From Cyanophora paradoxa CCMP329 (taxonomy: Eukaryota > Plantae > Glaucophyta), in NCBI GenBank assembly GCA_004431415.1, contig QPMI01000203.1:62001-126000 (forward strand): DNA of 64,000 bases, read 5' to 3'. Each line of letters starts with the position of its first letter. Positions within the stretch are counted from its first letter, which is position 1. The translations under genes and the position numbers were made by a program. Positions 50,365 through 61,736 of this stretch are shown piece after piece. Below the pieces are notes generated by a model that searched no databases, was not told the origin of the DNA, and saw only the letters and a program-made list of their open reading frames with translations.

Positions 50365-52988
50365 CTAGCGCCTGAGCACGCGGCCCCGTAGGCACGCGCA
50401 GGGGCGGGGCGGCACCATGGCGCTCGCCTCAGCGACGAACGAGTGCTGCCCGCTCTCGGCGGCCCCGATGGAGGCCGCCGCGGCCGCCCGCCGGAAGGAG
50501 TCGATCTGCGGCCCGTCGACGGCGGCGGGGCGCGGGGCGCGGGGCGCGGGGGCGAGGGCGGGGCGGACGGTGGCGTCGGCGCGGGCGAGGAGCTCGACGG
50601 TCTTGCGGAGGGCGAGGTCGTCCCGCCGCTTCTGCAACTGCATCCGCTCCACCGCCCGCCGCAGCTCCTCGTTCTCCGTCGCCAGGCTCGCCACCTGCCG
50701 CCCCGCCCCGCGCCGTCACGGGGGCTGGGCGGGGGCGGCGGGGCGGGCGGGGCGGGCCTGCTCTTCGAGGTCGCGGACGTGCTGCTCCTTGCGGAGGCGC
50801 GAGCGGAGCGCCGACTCGCGGTTCTTCAGCTTGCGCAGTGCCTGCTTCGCCTCCTTGCTGTTCGGGTCCGCGAAGTCCTCCGCGTTCAGCTGCCGCCCCG
50901 TCACGCCCCGCCCTGCGCCCCGGCCCCCGCGCCCGCTCCCCCCCGCACCTCGGCCGACTGCGCGCTGCCGCGGCGGCGCCCCGCGCCGGCCGCCGCCCGC
51001 TCGCCGCTGGAGCCGGAGGACTTGCCCGTGGCCCCGGCCGGCACCCGCAGCTCCGCGTTCGCTGCGCCCCGTCGGCGGGGCGGGGGCGGGGCGGGGGCGG
51101 GGCGGGGCGGGGCGGGCGCACGGGAGGCGGGCTGGGCGGAGGAGAAGGAGGAGCGGCGGGAGTTGCCCGGGGAGGGTCGTGCTTGGGGCGGGCGCGGGAG
51201 CCGGTGGAGGAGGCGCCGTCGTCGAGGTCGGAGTCGATCTCGGAGGAGGCGTTGGACATCTCCGAGAGGCTCCGCTTCCGCGCCATCTCCCGTGCGCCGC
51301 CCACGGGCCCAGCTGCTCCCGCGCGGGCTCCCCGCCCCTCCTGCACGCTCGCCGCCGGCGCCGAGGAGCGGCGCCGCGCGCGCGGCCGGCGGCGCGGGGG
51401 GCGACGGCGCCGAGCTTGGCGGAGGCGGGGGCGGCGACGGCCTTGAGGGAGGGGCGGGCGGGGGCGTCGTCGTCGTCGTCGAGGTTGATGTCGTCGGCGT
51501 ACTCGACGTCGGGGCCCTCGTCGCCGGCCCCGTCCCCGTCCCGCTGCATCTGCTCCAGGTGCGCCCGCAGCTGCTCCCGGAAGTCCCGGCCCCGCACCGT
51601 CGCCTCCGTCAGGATGATCGAGGGCATCGGCTGCGAGCCGGCCGACGGCAGCTCCGGCGACTGCGCCGTCCCCAGCGACGAGAGCGACGCCGGGTGCGAC
51701 ACGTGCGCCGCCGCTGCCGCCAGCGGCGGGTCCGGCCCCAGGGCCAGCGTGTGCAGCGGGAGCGTGAGCGGGGAGGCGGAGGTGGTCGAGGAGGTGGAGC
51801 CGAGGCGCGGGAGGAAGCCGCCGGGCAGGACCGTGCTGCCGCCCCCCGCCGCCTCCACGTGCATTTTCTCCGAGAGCGTGCGCGGCGCCTGGTAGCCCGC
51901 GATTGGAAGCACCGATCCCGGGAACGTCGCGGCATGCGCGAGCAGGCCGCTGTCGTGCAGGTCCCCTGCCCCATGCGAGCTGTGCAGCACGCTGAAGGTC
52001 GCCGGGTCCGGCAGCGCGCCCCGCAGCGCTGCCGCGTTCGCCGCCTGCATCTGGTACGCGTCTAGAGAGCTGCGCCGCGGGGCACGCGCATCAGCTGCGC
52101 CGACACGAGGCGAAGCACGCATGCGCACTCTCCAGGGGGCATCGGCAACATGGTTGAGCTGTCCTGCTTCGTCAGCGACAGCAGCTGCTGGCAGAAATCC
52201 TCGACCGGCAAGTTCCGCGCTCGCTTGTTGCTGCAGGGGCCTCATCAGCAGGGCCACAGCGCCGCTCAGCGCCCAAGCGCACTCGTGGTGCAGCAGGCTA
52301 GAGTCAAGACGATCAAGCGCCTGGCCCAAAGTCATTTCCGCGATTGGCGTCACAGGGGTCGTGCCCGATCGCGCCCCTCCGGCCTCGGAAGAGGACGCAG
52401 CTGGCGGCTGTTGAATACCCTGCGGGGTTGCACCGCCCGGATTGAGCTCGCCGAGTATGTCGTGGACGTTCTGCGACCACCAGTCGTCCACTGACAAAGT
52501 AAGCGAGCCGAGGCGCTGCAGCGTGCTGTGGGGCATGCATGAGCGGTGAAAACGTGAGGCGCAATTTGCGGCAGTGGGAGGCGGACCCGGCCTGCTCCTG
52601 CTGGTAGTCCGACTGCACAGGCGTACGCGCGAGCGCCTCGACAAGTTTTGATATCTTCACGTCCTTCAGAGACCGGACGCTCCCGCTCCCTTCCGCTCTC
52701 TTGTCGACCTGTTGACGATGAGCCCTACGCGATGAACCTCGCGGATCGACCAGCGGACCTCGTGTATCAGATCTTCTACAGGGAGCGACCCTGTCAAACG
52801 AGGTGCGGGTGAGCTGGCGACCCCCCCGGATTCATGAATGGCATGCATGGGCACAGACCGATGGCGCTGTTCAGATTCCCGCTCAGCGATAGAGACGAGA
52901 GCTGTCCCGAGCTGAGGTTGAGGCTGCCACTCAATTCGAGCTCGTCTTCTCTGTGGGACGCGGCATGCTGGCCGCCGCCGCTTGACAT
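50365..52988 (-). CDS. bZIP transcription factor (ends approximate)
   Basis: KQALRKLKNRESALRSRLRKEQHVRDLEEQ|VASLATENEELRRAV. Confidence 0.85.
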
Positions 52989-53171
52989 CGCGGATATTCC
53001 GCAGCGCGGATCGGCGTCTCCCCTGCACTACTACTCGCAGGGGGATTTGATTACGCTTCGCCTCCTCTGCTCGTCACAGTCGTGCTGCGGTCGTGGTTCT
53101 AGCGTATACCCCAGCTTTCGCCGCAGTTTGCCGCCAGCTTCCCTGCGCCCCCGCCGCGCTGGAAGGCCGAG

Positions 53172-55103
53172 ATGAGCGCGTTATGCTTCTCGCAAGCGTT
53201 CCACGCGTGCTGGCAGGCCCTGACGCCCAGTAGAAGGCCGCCAGCCCAGCAAGTGGATGCCACTGGCTTCACGCCGCGACAGCTCGTCTTCGATGAAGCT
53301 GAGCATCCGCAGCAGCCTGTAGACGTGCTGCCGCGCTTGTCCGAGCCCCCGCCCCCGGTTGAACCGGCCCAGCCACCGCCAGACCATGACGCGCCCATCG
53401 AGAATTCAGTCTCGGAGCCAGAGCCGAAGCGAGAACCAGCAACCGATGCCGCGCTGGAGCAGGCTGCGGCTGCCACGCGTATCGCTGCCGCGTACCGGAA
53501 GCATTTGAAACGAAGGGCGCTGGACCCTGGCCCCGTCGAGGCAGCACCGTCTTCATCGGTGTCACAGCTCGAGGATGAGATGGACTGGATCGCAAGGTGC
53601 CTGCTGGCGAGTGCCCGCGACACGGAATGGTCCCTCCGCGTCCTGGCGATGCGCCGCCTGCAAGCCCTCGCCCTGGGAGGCCCCGAGAACACGTCCGTCT
53701 TCGAGTCGCGCATCGGACCTATCGTGCCGGGCCTCATCCAGCAGGTGCCATCCCTCCCACGCTGGGCGCCGCGGCGGCTGACGCTCCCTCCGCGCGCAGG
53801 CGTGCGACCTGCGCTCGTCAGTCGTGAAGGACGCTTGCAACGCCATATCCGCCCTCGCGAAGCTCCTCGGGCCCAAGTTTGAGCCGCACGCAGAGACCAT
53901 CGTCCCAGGCGCCGCCTCCGCCCCCGCCCCTGCACGAGGTCCCTCTCACACGCGCCTGCAGCTCTCTTCAAACTCCTCTTCGTAACGATCAAGGTCTCTT
54001 CCTCTCCGGGGCGCCGCCAGCTGCCCTGACGCCGGGCTGCTCGCAGGCGATATCGGAGGCGGGGAACGCGTGCATCCGGTCCGTGCTTCAGAGCTCCGCC
54101 GTCTCCCGCGCCGCCCTCTCCGCCATCACCGACGGTGCCGCTTTCTCGCCACCCGGCCGCTCGGCTCCGCGCGAGACGGGGCGGCAGGGGCGACGGCGCA
54201 CAAGCACGGTGCGACGCGGCAGCGGTGCGCGGAGTACATGCTGCTGCTGCTGGAGAGCGCCGCCGCCCGCGAGCGCCTCGCCGCCGACCCCGAGTCCCGC
54301 GAGCGCCTCGCCGCCGCCATCCAGGTGGGGCCCTGTCCGCCCCGCTCCCCCGCCCCCTCGAGCCCTGCATTCAAGGTCCCGTCACCGGCAGCGGTGCCTG
54401 GCGGACGCGCAGGCGGGGGTACGGGAGACGGCGCGGCGCTGCTTCGCGCCGTTCCGGGGCATCTACGGCGCCTCGCACGCCGACGCGTGCGCCCGCGCCG
54501 CGCCGCCGGCTGGAGGCCGCACGCCTCCGCACGCCTCACCGCGCCGCAGGCTCCTTGCGAGGCTCGACGCGGCGACCCAGCGGCAGCTGCGCAAGGCTTC
54601 GCCGACCCGCCCGCGGCCGGCCTCGCGCGGGGCCCCGCCGCCGCCGCCGCCGGGCGCGGCTCGGACACCCGCTCGATGATCCAGGCGGCGCGCAAGGCGA
54701 GCTTGAGAGCCGCCGGGCGCGGCGCCCCGCCCCCGGGGAGGTCGAGGTCGTGGCCGGGAGACGGCCCGCCAACCTGGCGAGCCCGCCCCCGCACCGCACC
54801 CCGCGCTCCTCCTCCTCTGCGGCGCCCGGCTCGGCCGCGAAGCCCGCCAGGGCCAGCTCGGCGCACGCGGCGAGCACGTCGCAAGCGGAGGCTGCGGCGG
54901 CGGCCGCCTCGGGAGCGCTGAGCGCGGTGGCAGAGAACGGGGCGGCCGCCGGGACGGCAGCTTCGCGGCGCTCCCTCGGCAAGTCGCCCTCGCGCCCCGT
55001 CGTGCCCCCGATCCCCCTCCACAAGACCGAGCCCGGCACCTCCTCCTCCGGCCGCTCCGCCTCCGCCCGCGCCTCCGGCACCTCCCCACGGCCCTGGCGC
55101 TAG
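53172..55103 (+). CDS. CLASP N-terminal/TOG HEAT-repeat protein with IQ-like motif
   Basis: EWSLRVLAMRRLQAL; DLRSSVVKDAC; RQRCAEYM; CLADAQAGVRETAR; IQ-like AATRIAAAYRKHLKRR. Confidence 0.8.
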
Positions 55104-55333
55104 ACTCTCCCGCCCCGAACCCCGCCTCTCCCACTTCTCACCCCTCTCTCCTGCACGCGCCACGAGCCCCTCTCAACCACTCACCAGAACCTGCCGCCTC
55201 CCCTGTGTTGCTCGGCGCAAGCGAATTGCAGTCTCAATGCTCCGCTTCTCCAGCCCGCGGTGATCACATGCATAATTACGGCGCCCGAGGCGTTGGGGGA
55301 AGGGCATGGATGCAGCAATGACTGCGCTGATGA

Positions 55334-56890
55334 TCAGAGCGTGGGCTCCTGCGCGGCTCGCTCCTCAGAGGGGAAGAGGAGGCGGGACTCGGGGCAGGGG
55401 TCTCCCGCGGCGGGCGGCTCCTGGGCCTCGGCCCAGCCCTCGAGCTGCGCCGGCGCCGCCCCCGTGGCCGCCGCCAGGCGCTCGAGTGCGGACCGCAGCA
55501 GCCTCCGCAGGCGGCGGGCCTCGCCGCGGGCCGCCACCTCGGCCTCGCAGGCGCGGGTCATCTTGACGGCGAGGAGGGTGATGCTCTCTTCGGCGTCGGC
55601 GCGCAGGCGGCGCTCCTCCTCGAGCGCCGCCCGCGCGTCGTCGGCGGAGAGGAGCGGGCCCCCCGAGGCCTTCCTGAACTCCCCCTCCAGGCTGTTCAGC
55701 AGCGTCCGCAGCTTGGGGAAGAGCGCCGAGCCTGCGTTGTATGCCTTTTCTCGAGTCAGGGTCGAGTTTCCGGAGCTCCCGAGCAGGGGCAGCAGGGCGG
55801 GAGCGCCGCACCCGCGTTGCCGCCGCCTTGGCGCTCGAGCTCACGCCGTCGGCCTGTGCGCGCGTCGGCGGGGCCGGCACGGCGGGAAGTGCGGGGGCAG
55901 ACGCGGGGCCGCTTGGAGGCGTTGGTGGCGGCGGGCTTCGGCTTGGGCTTCTCCTCGTGCGCCGACTCCTCAGTCTCCGACTCCTCCTCGCCGGACGAAG
56001 AGCTCCCGCCGTCCGCCCTCCGCTTCCTGCCCCGCGCAGCCGCCGGCGAGGACGCCTGCCGCCTGTCGCGCGCGGCAGCGGGGCGGCGCGCGCGCCGCGC
56101 ACCGACTTGCGGGGCGAGGTGAAGAGCCGGGGGATCGTGCCGGAGACATAGGACTCGCACGACCTGACGGCCTCCTCCCTGCGTGGCTCCCCCGTGAGCG
56201 CCGGCGGCTGCCGCGGGAGCGCGGGGGCCCGGCGCACCACTCCTCAAGGCCGTGGCCCCGGATGTTCGTCTTCTTCTTCGCAAACTCCTCCCGCACTCCC
56301 TGCCGCCTCGTCAGCCGGCTGCCCGCTAACCGGCCTTCCCCAAAAAGACAGACCTCCGCGATGGCCGAGTCGCCGCCGTCGAAGTCGATCGTGATCTTCG
56401 GATCGATGGTTGCTCGCGAAAACTCGCCCGTCCCGAACCACTGAGGACGCCCGTCAACAGTGCACTCGTGCTGAGGCGTCGAGGTGCAAGGGCGTCGACG
56501 CGGCGAAGCTCCTGTCGCGCACCTGGATTACGCATTGAGGTCGAGTAGACCAGCGCGCTGGGTCGCGAAGATCCTCTGCGCGCGCTGGAGTCGGCCGACG
56601 GCGAGGGGCGGACGCCGAGGTTGCGCGCTCACCAGGGACGTCGGGGTGTGAAGGATCGACGACCACGGCCGGCCAAGTAGGGAAGCCCTGCATTTTCACC
56701 CTGCACATAGGGCAAGCGCATCGCTCCGTCGGACTGGCGCCCGTTCGAACGCGCACGACGGCGTTTCGTACCACAGTCGCTTCCAGGGCTGCGCGTGCGA
56801 GCTTGACGAGTCCCTCCGGGTATCCTTGGACTCGCTATGGCGCGTTTGGCGCCGCTCAGGCTCGCCAACGCGTTTTCGCTTGTCCGCCAT
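55334..56890 (-). CDS. PWWP-domain protein with C-terminal coiled coil
   Basis: VKMQGFPTWPAVVVDP and IQ|WFGTGEFS. Confidence 0.75.
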
Positions 56891-57144
56891 CAAAACGGGA
56901 TGGGCGCTCCGATGCAGGTTGCTGCAGCTCAATGGACTAGCTTGTACTAGCGCTCGCTGCGATCGCTGGGGCGCTCTGTCTCTCGGCACTTTGAATGAGA
57001 AAGGTTTAAAGGTTCGACGCTGGTACCCCCCAAAGGACCAAGTCCGACCCATTAACGCGGCTAGTGCCAACCACGCGAGAAGACGGGCTGCCAAGTGAAG
57101 GCCGAGGAATCGAAGAAGTGGCTGGACAGCTCGCCCCCGCAGAG

Positions 57145-60100
57145 ATGGACCCCGCGGTCCTCGAGGCGGCCCTCCGGCGCTTCGAGACGCAGCTACGCTC
57201 TCCAGACTCGGCGCTAGCGTGGTTGGTCCGCGCCCAGATCAAGATCATACGTACGACCGGGCCCCTCCGCGTGGTTCGGAACGCGCGTGATCTGACGCGA
57301 GTCCGGCGCGGCAGTCGAGCGGCCTGCGCTTCACGGGAAGCTGTGCACCGTCCTCGTCGACCCCGATCACCGGCTACCACCCCTCGACGCCGAGGACGGC
57401 GGCTACGGCGCGCTCTTCGAGGCTCTCGGCTTCCGACAGAAGAACGCAGGCGTCAATCCTCACAAGTGGGAGATCCTGCCGCGCTACCCGTATGCGGCGC
57501 TGGCGGCCGCCCTCGCGAAGCTCGCGCCCTCGTCTTTCGGGTTCATCGCGAGCCCCCAGCTCAAGGTGAGGGCGTGCCCGCGGCCCGTTACGGTTCTCCC
57601 AGTGGCGCGCGCTTTGTCTGAGAGCCTTCCGGTGCGCCGCCGCGCGGAGCCGCTTGCAACGCGCTCGCTGAAAGGGCCGCAGCAACCGCCGAGGCCGTCG
57701 CGGCGGCTGACGGGGGCGGCGGCGGCCTCGGTCGCCGCGAAGGAGGCGCGGCTCGCCTCGGGGTCGTCGGGGGGTTCGGGCCCGCCCCCCTCGCCGGCGG
57801 GGCAGGCCGGCGCGACGGCGGGGGGCAGCCGAAGTCGAACCCGGCGCGGACGGCGGCGGCGACGGCGGCGGCGATCGCGGCGCGGAAGCGGCGGGCAGAG
57901 GAGCGCCTGCGACAGGTGCGGGCGGGGGGCTCGGACCGCGAGAGCGGCCCCAGCGACGACGACGCCGCCGACGAGGCCGCCCCGTCGCCCCGGCCCCCAA
58001 GCGCCGCCCGGCCCCGCAGCGGGCCCCGCCCGAGCGCGCGGCCGCGGAGACGTTGGGCTCGGTAGGGCGGGCCGGCGGGAGGGGCGGGAGGCGGCCCCGA
58101 GGCGGGGCGGAGCGTGGAGCAGCAGGCGCAGCTGCGGGCGGCGGCGCGGGAGCGGGCGCGGCTGGCGGCCGGCAACGCGGCGGCGGCGGCGGCGGCGGTG
58201 GCGCTGGGGCCGCTGGGGGCGGGAGGGGAGGGGGCGGCGGTGCCCGGGCGGCGGGGCGGGAGCGTGTGGAGGAGTACCTCGAGGCGGAGGCCGCCCTCCT
58301 CGACGCCCTCCGCCGCCCCTGCCCCCCGTCCGCGCCGCCCCCGGCCCGGCCCCGGCCCGCGTGACGGGGAAGCAGGGCCCGGTGGCGGGGTTCGGGCTGC
58401 TGGGGCGGGGCGGGTGGAGGGCCCGTCGCCGCGGGACTTCCGGGAGGCGGTGGTGGCCCCGCACGAGGCGGCGGTGCTCGCGGGGCCGTCCACACGCGCC
58501 GCTCGGGGGCCGCCCTCTGGCGCCCCGCCGCCTTCGAGCCGCTCGCCGCCGCCCCGCTCGCCGCCACCGAGGCCGCCTCCGGCCGGCCCCTCCGCCTCCC
58601 CTCGCCGACCTCCTCGCCCCTTCCGGTGCACCCCGCCCCGCCCGCCCTCCTCCGGCGGGGCGGGGCTGAGGGGCGGGCAGGGGCGGGGCGGGCGGGCGCT
58701 GGCGCTGCTGACGCACGAGGGGGCGCACGAGCTCGCCGCCCTCCGCCCCGAGCTCCAGGCCGACCTCCACCTCCCGCCTACCTCCGCCCCGACGGGCCCG
58801 CCCGCCCCCGCCACGCCACGCCCCTCGCCCGCCTGAGGCGCGCCGGCGCAGGCCGGACAGCCTGCTGGCGTACCAGGGGCCGGGCGGGCGGGCGAGGTGC
58901 GGGCGGCCGTGGAGCTCTCGCCGCGGCTCGGGCACGCGCCGCTGCACGTCCACGCCGGCGGCCTCTGGTCCTGGACCTTCGTCGCCCACGGCGGGCCCCG
59001 CCTCGCCCTCCTCTGGCCCCCGACCGCCGTCCGTGCCCCCCCCCCCCCCTCCCCCCCCCTCCCCCCCCGCCCGGCGTCGGCTCGGAGCTGAGCTGCGCGC
59101 AGGTGCCCGCGCTGGCGGCGCTGCCGGCGGTGCGGCGGGCGGGGCCGGGGCGTGGGCGGGCCCGTACGTGCCGCTGCGGGAGCTGCTGGGGCGCCGGCGG
59201 CGCTGCGGCCGCGGCTGGCGGCGGTGGAGGCCGGCGAGCTGCTCGTCATCCCCGCCGGCTGGGCCCACCAGTTCCTCGACCCCGTCCGCCCCCCGCCCCC
59301 GGCCCGCCCCGCCCCTGCCCGCGCCCCGCGCCGCCGACGCGGCAGCAGCGGCCGCTGGTGGCGGCCTCGGCGGACTTCCTCCCCTCGAGGCCGTGCCCCG
59401 CTCCCTCGCCCTGCCCCGCGTCCGCCCCCCGCCCGCCCCGCCCCGCCCTCCCTGCCCGACGGGCGGGGCCGCAGGACGGGCCGCTGGCGGCCCGCGTCGG
59501 GGGCGCCCCGCTGGAGCGGCTGCTGTGGCACGCCGCCTGCGCGACGCTCGCCGCCGGCAACGCGCTCGCAGCCGGCGGGGCCCCTCGCGGGAGGCGGCGG
59601 GCGGCGTGCAGCAGCGCGCGCGGGCGGCGCTTGCGGCGCTGCAGGCGCTCGCCCTCGAGGAGGCCGACCCGCGCGGGCGCGCCGAGCTCGTCGCCGACTG
59701 GGAGGCGCCCCGCCCCGGGCCCCGGCGCCCCGCCCGCCACCTCTCCGCCGCCTGCTGCCCACCCCCCACCGCCCCGCACCCGGCCCGCCCCTCTCGCAGG
59801 TCGCCCCGCCCCCTCGCCCAGCCACCCCGCGTCGTTCCGCGGCTGAGGCGAGGGCGCAGCTGCGGTGCGAGGAGTGCGGGCGGACGATCTTCAGCGCGCA
59901 CGCGCTGTGCCCCGCCTGCGAGGACGGCCCCGCCCGCCGCCCCGCCGTTCTCTGCCTCCCCGTTCGCCCCTCCCGCCCCCTCCCGCCCCGCGCCATTCCG
60001 CTCTGCTCATGACGGGTGGTGCAGTGCTTTGGGGGCGGGGGCCCGCTGGCAGCCGCACAGGAGGCGGGGCGTGTGGAGGGCCGGTGCCCTCACCGGGGGC

Positions 60101-61411
60101 GGTGCACCGGCGCGGCTCCGGCCGGCGCGGCTGCGGCAGGCGGCCGCCGACCTCGCCGCCCTCGCCGCCGCCCTCGACGCCAAGGCCCGCCCGCCCGCCC
60201 GCCCGCCCGCCAGCGCCTGACGCCGCGCGCAGGGCCCGCCCCGCCCCTCCCTCCCTTCGACGCCGAGCCCTGGGCCCGCCCCCGACCTCCCCCGCCTTCC
60301 CGAGCCGGAGCCGGCAGCCGCTGCGGGACCGGGGGCGGGGCGGCGGGGCTGGGGCGGCATGGCCGCTGGGGGCGCTGCCGCTGGCGGCGATGGCGCGCTC
60401 GTCGCGGGCCTCCCGCCGGCCCCCGTCCCTCTGTGCGGCCCGCCCCGGCCCGCGTCCCCACCCGCTCACCCCACCCACAGTGGGCGGCGACGCGGCGCCG
60501 GCGGAGGAAGAAGAGGAGCCCGCCGCCCCCGTCCTCCTCGGCGCCCCGCCCCCCTCGCCCGCTCCGCGCCCCCGCCACCGCCGCCCCGGCCCCGCCACCG
60601 ACCCGCCCCTTCCCCGCCCCCGCCCCGGCCCCACTCCCGTCCCAGCACCAACCTTGCCCCAACCCCGCCCCGGCCCCCGCTCCCACGTCCGCCCCGGCGC
60701 CGGCGCCGGTGGTGCCGAGCAGCCTTCCGGGGGCTCTGCTGCCCCCCGGCGCGGCGTTCAATGACGCCCCGACGCCGCACCGGGAGGCGCCGGCGGGGCC
60801 GTCCGCGTCGGAGGGGCCGGACGGGCGGGAGGGGCGCCCCCTCTACTGCTGGAGGTACCTGCAGGGGAAGGCGTGTGAGGCGCCGGGCTGCGAGCGGCTG
60901 CACGAGCGCCTCGACCGCGCCCGCTACTGCTTCAAGTTCCTCGCCGAGGGCGCTTGCCCCCGCGGGCCCGCCTGCGCCCTCTCCCACGAGCCGCCCCGCC
61001 CCGCCGCCCCCGCCGGGCCCGGCCTCCTCGGCTCCGCCCCACCCCGCCCCCGCCCCCGCCCCCGCCCCTGCACCGCTGCCCGGTGGCGGGTACGGGCTGG
61101 GGGCGGCGGCGGGGCCGGGCGGCGGCGCGGGCCTGGCGGATCTCCTCCAGTCGATCGTCTCCTCCGTCGCAGCCGCCAGCGCTAGCGCCCCCGCAGACCC
61201 CTTCCCAGCGCCGGCCCCTCACCCTTCCCCGGGCCCCGGGCCCGGCCCGGACTCTTGGGGCCACCAGCAGCCCCCCCGCGCCGCCTTCGGGCAGGGCTCA
61301 GGGGGCAAGTGGGAGCGGCAGGGGGCCGGCCGGTCGGCGCGCTCCTGCCACTTTTTTGCGCGCGGGGTGCCCTGCCCCTACGGCGACTCCTGCAAGTATC
61401 GGCACGCCTGA
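57145..61411 (+). CDS. Divergent JmjC + C5HC2-type finger + three CCCH fingers
   Basis: JmjC-like LHVHAGGLWSWTFVAHGGPRL and VEAGELLVIPAGWAHQF; LERLLW; CEECGRTIFSAHALCPAC..LCL; three CCCH motifs at 60845-61405. Confidence 0.7.
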
Positions 61412-61736
61412 CCCCACGGTGCCAGGCCTTCGTGGCGCTCATTAAAATTGACGGCTTTGCAATCAATACCGCGTGCACGTATACGTAGGAAGTTCGCGAG
61501 GGCTCCTTCATGTGCATGATCAGTTCGCGAGTGTACCCCGCGGCCGCGGCGCCCGGGCGCCGACTTGCGTGAGCTATAAGCCTGCAGCTGCCAAATGACC
61601 TCACGATCACGCCCTTTGTGCGGGATGAGCGCTGCTGCGCCCATCGAAATCGAATCCGACAGCGGTGCGGCGCTAGCGCGGCGCGGGCTGCCACCGATCG
61701 ATGGAATTTAAAAAAACAAATTCGCGCACGCAGACG

